A program made the position numbers and the translations under genes. The notes beneath the pieces were generated by a model, which was given only the letters and a program-made list of their open reading frames with translations, searched no databases and was not told where the DNA came from. This document shows, piece after piece, positions 13,901 to 24,049 of a stretch of DNA of 36,014 bases. The stretch is taken from NCBI GenBank assembly GCA_964200185.2, contig CAXNAD020000047.1:1-36014 (forward strand), given 5' to 3'. Source of the stretch: Choristocarpus tenellus KU-1152 (Eukaryota > Protista > Phaeophyceae). The stretch's first letter is position 1. Each line of letters starts with the position of its first letter.

Positions 13901-15645
13901 CTAACTTTTACTATACCAAATGGTGCTAAATCCATGGTAGAACAGTCAATGTCGAGGGTGACACCATCACAATACATAAGACTTAACCTACACCTCTTAT
14001 CCTGGCACAAAGCATACACCTTGACGCACTTGCACAAATACATAACCATGTGCCTGACCTACATTTCGAGTCCCATCTCACAACATACGCACATGGTAAG
14101 AGGTGTGAACAATTTGGACAAGGTGCTCCAAAGCCTCAACCCCATGGAATTTTTTCGTTCTCACAAACATTGCAAAGCGTACCAATCACAGCTTGCATCG
14201 AGATTAATACAGAATGGACACCAAAATGTCCATCTGCCATCCAAGCTACACCTTGCCCCATCTTGGGCCCCACAGGTCAAGCAATGTGCCAAACAAATTT
14301 TGAAAGAATATGACACACAAACGATTTGATATAAATCGCCCCTGAACAGCTTTTGCTCATGAGACCATGTGCTCACTGCTACACTATTTGCACAATTTCG
14401 GCACCAATGGAAGAGCATGCTTTATGCAGCACAAGCTGTGAGTTCAAGAGAACTCACCTGCCTTGTCGGATTCCAGCTGTCAGCTCAGACATGGGTCTAT
14501 GCTCTGGGAAAAGTAAAGTTCTTTGCCCGGGAACCCTTGCACCCTCGCTGGTGCCATTGGCAACACTAGCGTCTGTAGCAGTTGCTTCTTCTGGAACAAG
14601 GAGCTCTGGAAGGTCTGGGTAAAGTCCTTGAAGTGACGCTACGTAGGAGTGGATTGTCATAACAGACATATTAGCTTCCCTCGCCAAACCAAGGTTGGCC
14701 CGATCATTGGTCAAAAGTAGCACATCAACTTCATTACCAAGCTGTTTTCCAAACCTGCAAAGGCAGCACAGGCAGCACATTGTAGACAAGTAGGAAACTT
14801 CACTAGGTCTTCCGCGATCCTGAAACCATAAACCTCTTCTATCCGTGGTTGAGGGAAAACTGATCGAGTTGAAAATGCCGCCACTCACCAAGCCGTTGAC
14901 TGACGAATGGCCCTATCATTGCGGTCATTTGGTGACTCGCCGGGCAACTCAGCGGGGTAGGTTTCGCAATGATGCTCGTTAGCAAAGAAGACAAACACCC
15001 GAGAGTCGTCTTTGATGAGCTGCTTCAGGCGACGGTATAAGCTAAGGTTGTTGTGGCGTGTTTCCTGTACAAGAGATAGGGCAACAGGGCACCACATCTA
15101 AGATAGATTACACAGAGAGCTTTTCAAAAAAAAGACCGAGAGTTCGAAGTCCTCGAATCACGAGACACCAACCCAGTATAGACAAATCACTCGCCTCCAT
15201 CACAGTCTGAAGTACTATCACGCAAGAAAGTGCTGGGCTGGGGAACTCCAGCAAATCCATTTGGTTCAAAACCACGTTCGTGTCCAAGACCTGAGGACGG
15301 AAGCAAGGTGGTAAGACAAAGGCGAATTTCAAGTTCCTCTTGTCCTGCATCACCTTGAGCTGCCCTTACCAAGAATCGCTTCATGACAGCATCGCCACCC
15401 AGCTGTACAAGGTCAACCTGGGGTGGAGAGAAGTGTTCTGGTCATTTCAGTAAACTGCTTCCTTGGCATCGAGCATGTAGTCTAGTTGCACATCATCTGT
15501 TGGGTTAAAAGGTGCCACTCACCCTAGACAAGGCGTTGCCAGCGAGCGACCCACAACCAATGTCATCCCTCAGGAAGTGATCAGCTACAATGCGGAGGAT
15601 TTTCCCTCTACGGGTTTTCTTGAAAAAAGATCTGCTCTTATGCAT
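1988..15645 (-). CDS. DIS3: Exosome complex endo/exoribonuclease DIS3/RRP44 (PIN, cold-shock, RNB and S1 domains), 20 exons, 1008 aa
   Basis: Hand-spliced exons (minus): 15645-15523, 15417-15370, 15290-15195, 15064-14889, 14754-14458, 12745-12673, 12202-12065, 11777-11505, 11133-11042, 10848-10785, 10360-10151, 8394-8228, 8070-7833, 7674-7544, 6775-6578, 6243-6054, 5956-5896, 4891-4761, 4031-3911, 2187-1988. Total 3027 nt with all phases compatible. Motifs: N-terminal [23 protein letters not shown]; PIN VLDTN / QTVMEE / NDRNDRAIR / LLTND; RNB catalytic [54 protein letters not shown]; S1 [10 protein letters not shown]...VLDKVRVHV; basic C-terminal tail HKRR. Confidence 0.96.
15065..15194 (-). 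other. GC-AG intron (DIS3 intron 3)
   Basis: The donor GAG|GCGAGT is the only nearby donor that gives in-frame QTVME|ETRHN, preserving the conserved PIN EE. The GT 4 nt downstream is out of phase. Confidence 0.85.
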
Positions 15646-15848
15646 GTCCCTTCCTCGACCACCAAGTCCCCACACACACAACACTCTCAACCGTGAGTTC
15701 AAAAAGGGTTTACATTGGTATCATCAAGAAAGCAGAAGGCCTTCATACAGCATAAAAAACTTATAATATTGAACATGAACCTTACACTAAAATAACTGTT
15801 TGTCACCTTCACACAATAGTTTTGGGGTGTGACGTTCCCTCCTCTACG
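15646..15848. promoter_or_regulatory. Bidirectional promoter and 5' UTRs shared by DIS3 and the Tim17/22/23-family gene
   Basis: Only 203 nt separate the two divergent ATGs (15645 and 15849). There is an AT-rich core (TTATAATATT, 15761-15770) and a TGACGT motif at 15830-15835. The region lies within the CpG-retaining segment. Confidence 0.7.
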
Positions 15849-17880
15849 ATGTGGCATCACGTGAAAATCACCCTTCTGTTATGCTTAGCAATGCTGATTA
15901 ATGTGAATTCGCTGACGTGCTCTTCGAGCTTTGCTCTGACCTCCCCACGCCGTTCAAACTACAGTTCAGGTAGAAGGTGAGAGAGTTTTGAGTCTTCTGT
16001 CCACTTCAAGTGAGGTGTTAGCATGGGAATTTGATCTTCTCTAATGGTATGCAATCTATCGCCGAAATCTCTTGACCCCCAATTCGTCACTTCAGGGGAA
16101 CTATTACTTTGGCATCTTCTGCCTCACATCTGGAAACAGGGAGATCAAGTAGGGGGGTGTTGGAGAACTGTTTCGAGGCTACCGTGGGTACCATCAATGC
16201 CTACATTAGTGGATATATCACTGGGTAAGTGACTGCATGGAAAAAGTATTGTGATAAAACAGAGGACAAGGTGCAGCTGACTTCCTTCGCTTTACTGACT
16301 CGTCGACATCCCTGTCCCAAGGTTCCCCTTAAGGATTTAGTTGCAATAGTTTTGTCATTAACTCGTTTGTAGAGTGTACACATTTGTTGGCATATACACC
16401 AGGCCAAGCGCCTCCCCAGCGGTAAACTACTGTCTTGTTGGAGATAATAGTCGGGGACATAATGAGATGTGGCATGTATCTTTGACCATAAAAGTGAAGA
16501 AGATTCCAATGTTCTGAAGTGAAAGTCGAAGCTCGACTGTACAAACAACTGCATCTTCTATGAGTAGTAGATGCAGCTAGTTCCTGTTTGTGTGCATTTT
16601 CATTTGCAAATATGCTCATCTCCCTAAACGTATTCCCTTCCCTTGCACTAGAGACTCTTGTAGCTATCACATTATTGTGAACTAAATTGTAGTGATTTGA
16701 ACTCCACTTGCCAATAAAAAACAACGAGTCTAGCAGTATGGCCAACTCACCATTTGTGATCGTTTGGAATTGACACTCATCCCATCACCCTTGTTGTAGA
16801 GGGAATCGCGGAGGAGAGGCTAAATATTTCATCCCTTCATTATTATGTCATTGTTGTGTACAAGTACTGCATGGAATGGTAGGCTGTTTTTTGAAGCTGC
16901 AAGTCCCAAACATCTGCAGAAAGAGGTCAGAGAGAAAGCTTGCCGATGGTGGTATTTGTGAAAAACTATTGACTGAAATCTGCACATAGTGCACCAATGC
17001 CTCATGTTTTGTGTCTAAATAAATAGGGTGAGAAGACCCCAAGGGATATTTCTTAACTGATGGTCAATTGCAGGTATAGGCTGAATTCTTGATGAGCACT
17101 AGAGTTGAGCAACAGATAGTTAATGATAGGATCTTTGTGGTTTGTGTCAATGGTACTGCTGGGGCTGTTTTCATAAGCCACGACTCCAAGATTTAAATTT
17201 CTCTCACCCATTTTCTTTGTCCCAGCCTTGTATGGGGAGCGATCATGGGCAGTACATGGGCAAGGGTACCTGATGTTGGGTTCTTCAGCAGCGTTCGGAC
17301 CAAGTCAGTTCAAATGGGTGGAACCTGGGGAATGCTGACTGCTTCGTTTCAAGGTTTCACAGCAATATCACGGGTGTTGAGGGGGAGGTGGGTGAACATT
17401 GTCCTCATATTGGAAAAGCAACTGGGATGGAAGGGGGTCGCTTTATGTGGATTTTTTGTAGACAACAGGTTGAAGGTGTTGTCCATTGTTGTGCGAGTTG
17501 CAACAAAAGAGACATGCCATGGAAAAATATTTGTAGAGGTTACATGACTGAATATAGTTGATCCTTCAATTTTTCCTTTTAACAGTGCCGCTTGATAAAA
17601 CAAATCAATCATATTCTTACACATCATTTGCCTTGAAGCAGGATTTTTGACCTTCCTCTTTGAACTAACTTCCTTCTTTTTCTCATGCAGGGACGATGAA
17701 TGGGATCAAATTTTTGGAGCTTGCGGAGCTGGGGCATTTTTATGCAAGGATAAGGGACCACAAGCAATGGCACAGGGGTGCTTATCGTATGGACTCCTAT
17801 CGTATCTTTTTGCATCTATGGGAAAGAAGGATGAACTTGATGTTGTTGACATCCCTGTGAATACTTTTAAAGAGCTGTAG
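15849..17880 (+). CDS. Tim17/Tim22/Tim23 (PRAT) family membrane protein with an N-terminal signal peptide and transit-peptide-like extension, 4 exons, 202 aa
   Basis: Exons 15849-15976, 16096-16224, 17226-17387, 17691-17880 (609 nt; three phase-2 GT-AG introns; CTAAC branch point near 17665). Translation: MWHHVKITLLLCLAMLINVNSLTCSSSFALTSPRRSNYSSGRRGTITLASSASHLETGRSSRGVLENCFEATVGTINAYISGYITGLVWGAIMGSTWARVPDVGFFSSVRTKSVQMGGTWGMLTASFQGFTAISRVLRGRDDEWDQIFGACGAGAFLCKDKGPQAMAQGCLSYGLLSYLFASMGKKDELDVVDIPVNTFKEL. The glycine-zipper TM1, the RGxDDxW..GxxxAG motif and GPQAMAQGC match the Tim17/22/23 family. Confidence 0.88.
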
Positions 17881-18803
17881 GACTAGCATCTATGTCACCA
17901 TGCAGTACTTCTGGTCATTCCCACACTGGGTGATCCCTAAAGGGGCAACAGAATTTATTTTTTACAAGGGATGTATGACAGCAAGATAACTTTCTTGTCC
18001 TTTGGAATGATCATTTATAGGTCATGAACTGTTGAGTTTTGAAATTGTAGAGCAAAGAGTATTATGGGTTGCATTGTAAATTTATTCCAGTCTTTTGAGC
18101 ACAAGCAGGTGACACAATAAAGAGCCAACTCAGCAACAGCCTGCCAGTTTTGTCATGATGTGATTGACTGCTTGTTGACCAGTGGTTTTGCAGCCTCACA
18201 ATGTTACAGATTCTATGTAGGAAAAGACCACATTCATTTGTCTTTTATACTGATACAGTTTTGTCCATGAAATATGTTTGATTGTAGATGGCTTCGTGAG
18301 TAAGAGGGTCTATCTATTGCACAATCAAATTGTGAATATGGTCACATTGGTTGTGTCCCAATTCTATCGTCAAAATTTTCATAGAAAGCACACATCCACC
18401 AATATATGGAAAAGTTACAATGGTTTCTTGATTTTCACATTGGTTTGAATTATATTGTGGTGATGCTTGAAAGAGAAAAATAATTGACAGATTTTGTTAA
18501 GGAGAAGGAAGCAACATACACCATATGCTCGAACCTGTGGTCAGAAATGCAAGGCAAAAATATGTCTAAAGAGGTTGGACCTGTGTGCCAAAAAAAGGCA
18601 GAACCATCAGTGAAGTCCACAAGAGATAAGAAATAACAAGAAAAAGCATAATTTAAGGATCAGGTCGAGCATGAAGGACCATGATTGGTTCAACAAGGAG
18701 CACACATCCATAAGCACTTCAGAGAATCTAAGTTAAGTCCTTGCATCCACTACAATGCTGGCAGTCGCCATCTAGGATGGGACCAGTCTTGATTTTTTTT
18801 TAA

Positions 18804-19074
18804 AGGGTTGGCCAGCGAGTTAAACAATGATGAACATATCAAATGAAAGCTCTGGATCTAAGCTATCACCGGTGCAAAGGAATTTTTTCAGAAAAAAAAA
18901 TGGTAAGGTTAAATTTTACCCTAATGGTTTCGCCACAACCTTGGAAATGTTCCGGAATGAATTACCATGACCAAAGATATTTTTTTCTGAAAAAATTCCT
19001 TTGGGCCAGTGATAGCTTAGATCCAGAGCTTTCATTTGATATGCTGATCCTCGATTAACTCATTGGTCAACCTT
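18804..19074. mobile_element. Non-autonomous MITE with ~100-bp TIRs, TTAA target, Kolobok-like
   Basis: Starts TTAA|AGGGTTGGCCAGCGAGTTAA and ends TTAACTCATTGGTCAACCTT|TTCA (16/20 match). A perfect 35-bp inverted repeat lies at 18835-18869 / 19009-19043, with a further IR CAAAGGAATTTTTTCAGAAAAAAA / TTTTTTTCTGAAAAAATTCCTTTG. TTAA target plus RR...YY termini is the Kolobok signature; the family call is inference. Confidence 0.82.
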
Positions 19075-19128
19075 TTCAAAAATATCAAGATTGGTAACCG
19101 CCAAAACGGTACATGGACTAACCTCGGC

Positions 19129-19432
19129 TTAATACTGTTTAAGCCACTCACAATACACTGTGAATTGAACCCAATCGAGAGATGGCCTGGGGGTGGGCGA
19201 AGAATTATGTACAAGGCCATTGTGACTACACCTTGCCTGGAATGAGAGCCAACATTCCTATCAGTCTTAAGGATGAAGGGGGGCTGTCCTGAGTAATTGT
19301 GGAGAGCTTCAGGATGAGTATTGCTTACCACCTGATATATTCCAACAAGGCATGGAGTGCACCAAATTGGACAGGGTATACAAGACCTTCAAGTCTCACA
19401 GGAGGCCTGCACCTTCAGAATACCTCATTTAA
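19129..19432 (+). pseudogene. Frameshifted DDE (IS630/Tc1, DDE_3-like) transposase C-terminus
   Basis: HCELNPIE at 19156-19179. After a 2-nt AG duplication (19180-81) it reads MAWGWAKNYVQGHCDYTLPGMRANIPISL. A later disrupted segment gives IFQQGMECTKLDRVYKTFKSHRRPAPSEYLI* (KSHRR 19391-19405, stop 19430-32). This matches the HCELNxIE..W..AK.Y...CDY...KSHRR pattern of this transposase group. Confidence 0.85.
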
Positions 19433-22400
19433 CTTAGCATGGATTGTCTGGTTCAAAGGCCTGGGCCCCCATGAGTGAGCCTTAGCCAGCCTGTGATAAA
19501 TAACATCACATAAATGGAAAATAATGGAAAGAATGGAGAGACAACAACACCCATGTTGTCCAGGTGAAGATAGCCTCATCAGGCGTCAAATTCATCCTTA
19601 AATGTGCGGTTCGCGCGAGCCGTGCGCGCAAACTACTTGATTTAAGTATGGTCCTGTGTTTTTCACGATTATTGTAAATTGACCAACCGAGACCCATCAA
19701 ATAAGGTTAAGCATGCTGATGGAATCACAACATACTAATTTTCATGAAAAAATTTGCTGTTGATCAAAAGTTATGGAACGAAAAAATTGATGCAGAAGGC
19801 GACTGCCAACACTATAGATACAAACCTACTGTCATCAATACCAAGAATAGTATCTCCTGTCCCCTTCCCCTCCAAAAAGTAGAATTATCACATGTGGTTG
19901 GTGGTCAAGTTCACTTTTGCGTGATGGATTGTGACTGCTTCGATGTCAGTGGTATGTCAGGCATACATCAAGTATTTTGCTAACGCTCATACTGCAGGCA
20001 TCCTGCACAGAAGAATCGAAGACCACTACCCACCTCCACACATCTGTACGACCTGTTTTGAGTTTATTGCAAGAGGAACCCACTGATCAGCTGTAATGTC
20101 AGAACCCTATACATGGCACTACCACCAATTTTTCTCTAGACCTCCCTTCTCCCCCCTTGTTCACTGAGCATCGAGTTCTCCAAGCAGCATGCGGTTTGGG
20201 GCAAAGACGTAAGACTTTTTTGTTGTAGTGGACGGAGGCTACTAAAATTGGTTCCTGAAAAAACAATAGTACAGACCGCTGGCATACACCCATTTCCTTG
20301 AAGGTGAACAAGTTCGTGGTGACAAGTGGGAGGTATGTATCAGTGTGGTTGACCTTAATGAACCTCGGCCAATTTTGCTGGGTGGAAGGTATGAAGGTAT
20401 GGATTGGAGTTAAAGTGATGACAGTGTCGAGGTCCTTCCTGTTACTCAAAAATTCCTTCATTCCATCATACCACCTTGCAGATCTTTTAATTGCAACAAC
20501 CTTCCTGGCATGAAATCATTTTCAGTATCAACCAGAGCCAAAATTTTAGAAATTTCAGCACATTGGTGGATCCTCACCAAATTGGGCTGAAGTTGACGTT
20601 GGGCAGGAGCATAGTATAATGAGCAATGTAACATGATTGGAAAGCCACTGGTTGAAAAGCCCTGAGTACCTGTGTTTATCAACATAATTTGTGTACTCCA
20701 TGCAACTTATGACTGGAGAGTTCTACCGTACAACCATATTACAGAACCATTTGTATACAGTGAAATGTTCAGTATTAATACAAGAAGTGTTGACTATTCC
20801 AACGAGCCCTATGCTCAAAGCTCATCCATTTCTGCATTCATTCTGATCCCTGTCACATATGAGCCTCATGCATGCCCTATCAAGGCGAAGTTCATTCCTA
20901 TATCTGAGGTGTCATGAATCAAAATGTCCAGTGAAAGGAATAAAATATATTGACTCACAGCCATTGATGCACTTGACTGAAATCAAACATGCATGTAGCA
21001 CACAAAGCTTCAAGAGTTGGGATGGATTTATAGCGGTGTGTTTCCAGCACAACTACACCAGAAAAAATAACCAATTGGATCAGGGTTTCAATCCAGATTA
21101 GCAGCTAACTGAGCATGCCCATAGCTAGGTCCCTTCACATCTGTCAAGGCCCAGCCCAGTCCCATCAAAAGATAAATTACCTGGGCTTGGTCATTTTTTT
21201 TATCCTAGCCTAGTTAAATTGCATTTTTCCAGGGTTGGCCCTGTCAAAAATACTACTTCAAAGTATACACCAACTAAAAACAGCACTAAAAATAGTTTCA
21301 AATAGATTATGTCTAAATCCAAGAATATATCTTACATATTGCATGTTTTTACAGGGATTTACACAGTAATACCATGCATAGGTGTCAGAATTCCCCAACT
21401 GTATCATGGGTTCTTATATAAGGGTGCTTTTCACCCTACCATACCACATTGTCCACAAGTGTACTAAAATAGTAAGATACTTCAAAGTACCATAATCATA
21501 CTGTCCACTTATCCTTATACTGTGACTGTAGCATAGCTGTACCATGCTGAGGTGCACCTACCTTAACCATACCATCCAGTAGCGCACCTAACATGAAAAT
21601 ACAAATACAACAAATATGATCTAGGGAGAGAAATATGTATGCCTATGTTAAAAGGGGTGTGTTTGACTGGAGAATAATATGATCGAACACATTGTTAGTG
21701 TACAATTTTCTTCTGTGTTTGGATTCACTCTTTTCAAGAAGTGACAGTAAAATATCTGATCAAACTCTTGATTGTGTTCAAGAAAAATTTCTCCCAAACA
21801 AATTTTGTATACATGGAAGAATAGTCGAAAATGCCAACTATTTGCTGTGCATGCGTGTAATTCATTTTATCCCATTTTCACAGTATGTGAACATACTGAC
21901 CTACCAATTCATTCTTGACGCAGCTTTTCTTGTGTGCATCATACATTTTATTGTCAGACCAAGACCATCTTTATGTCCTGTTTTGTCCAATGATTGCTGA
22001 TATGTGGCCAGGTCACTTTCTCATGCTCAATGATTGTACAGAGCATTAGATTCTCTGGCATTATATGCTCTATATCAGTGCAGTTTCCACAGTGTTTCTG
22101 ATCACCATCTTTGTAAGTGTTAATGGGGTTAGAGTTCTCTTAATTACCGTGGACAACTGTGGAAGGGTCATGGTGTGATCACTGTTAACTGTTGTAAAAA
22201 AGCTACAACCGTAATCATACCATCAAAAACTAAACTACATCCATACACACAAGCACAATGTTGCACCATTAAATGAAACTACAATCATAACCTTGACATG
22301 TATATTATCTTCTGTGGATTGATGTTTTTACAATATTATACAGTTTGGTTTAATTCGAGCTTCAACTGCTTCTCATCATGGCAATAGCAATGGCAGTATT

Positions 22401-24049
22401 TGTTTCCATGTCAACATATCTCATGGAACAACTACCATTACAAAAGTTAAGACAAATCTCCACAGTAGGTAACCAACCATATAGTGAAAGTGTAGTAGTG
22501 CAGATCCCTGTATCTTGATATGTTAATTTTTAATTTTTTAGACATGGATGTGTGCAACGTGGCTAACAACTGAGATCCAACTCAGTCCTTTCAAAATATA
22601 TCTTGCCCCCCCAAAGTTCCTACAATCCTGATGCGCCCCTTACATAAAAAAAAGTCCCAACCTGACCTAAATTCTTACAGCCGTTGTTCTTGCGTACAAA
22701 AAAAGTCCGAGCCAACTCTTCTGGCCACATAACAACTACCCAGTCTATATTGTAAAGCCCTGAATGGAATTGCAACCTTGGATTTCAACTAAGAAACCAA
22801 TATGGGGTGCACCTCCTTAATAATAGCATAGTTGCTATGACAAATAAAAAACTCTTACATTGTACTAACAGTCAAGTCAATATGATACTCACCACCTGAG
22901 TATGGACATGGCATCATATGCAACTGCATTGGCAGCTAGCTAGTCATACTATGGTTTTTCCAATCATTTGAATCATAGATAGCAATGCCAATTTCTATCA
23001 CTCCTTACCAGGAGAACAGTTATACAAGACCTGCTTACTTCATCACCCAACACTATAATAGCGAGCACCCATGATCATTTCGTTAGTTAACTATATCGTG
23101 GCTGGCAGGTGTGCAATAGACTGATAGCTCACCAATAAGTCCGGAAGTTGCACAAACCTGAACAGGAGGTAACACCGCCAGCATAGTATAGCAATCTCCC
23201 TCCTTTCCATGCACTTTCCTTCTTTTGTGGAGTCAAATGGATTCTCTACTATGCCAATCAATCTCTTCTATCTTGTTGATCCTTTAGTGTTCTTGTATTT
23301 AATTAATACATCAAAAGAATGCATTACAATATTGTTCTGGAACGTGAATATGTGCATACAGAAACATGCTTTGAAGTATGAATACTTACTAATAGTTCCC
23401 AAGTCTGCATTGGTGTGCATGTCATTAACTGTGTAAACCTAGATACAGTAAATAGGAATGTGAGCATCAATGAACAGGATGTTGAAGGAGAAACTTGAAA
23501 CTTTACAAACGTGTGGTGTTCGACAATCCACACCCTCCCGAGTACAATCCACCCCACACACGTACTACGACGTACATCAAGACATCATCATCATGCCACC
23601 AGTCAGTCCACATCCTGGTGTAAGCCTCTATTATTTTCAAATGAAGTCAACCATGGCGATCTCTGCAAACTACAAAAAGGTGAAGGAAGCACATGTTACT
23701 ACAGACTGCAAATATCGCCAACCTACAAACCAAAGTTGAAGTATTGTGAACATCGAATATAGCAAATATGAAAATTAATTTAAAAAACCCTTATTTGCAT
23801 GGAAAGACACACATGCCCCAATTCTAAATGGTTGTAGTGACCAACTGTCTGACTAGTGCATGGTAGAATTTTTACAATGCCACTCACCAGAGTAGTATAC
23901 AAGGTGCAGATTAAGTTGGAGTCCTTTTCTATACACCCACCAAACTGGATCTTCTATAAAAATGGTTTCCTAATCCATTCCATCCGTACATCAATCGAAA
24001 ACCTACTTTACCACCTTGAATGTACCTTCAACAATTAATAGGGAAGGGT

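Larger units (their letters stand above)
18753..19814 (+). mobile_element. Internally deleted IS630-Tc1-mariner DNA transposon
   Basis: 21-bp TIRs CAATGCTGGCAGTCGCCATCT (18753-18773) and AGAAGGCGACTGCCAACACTA (19794-19814) match at 17/21 positions with consensus CAGTG... Both ends are flanked by TA (18751-52, 19815-16). They enclose a transposase C-terminal remnant. Confidence 0.85.

Noticed and set aside
13874-14329. 151-aa plus-strand ORF, and similar ORFs such as 24648-25229, 34203-34589 and 16329-16745
   Set aside because: Intronic or antisense to real exons, with no motifs; consistent with chance ORFs.
15858-15863. CACGTG G-box
   Set aside because: Lies inside the coding exon 1 (His-Val codons) of the Tim17-family gene.
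22605-22643. Harbinger-like terminus GCCCCCCC...ATCCTGATGCGCCCCT
   Set aside because: No partner TIR or target duplication found.
23470-23762. Overlapping short plus-strand ORFs
   Set aside because: No homology; probably the ABCC 3' UTR or flank.
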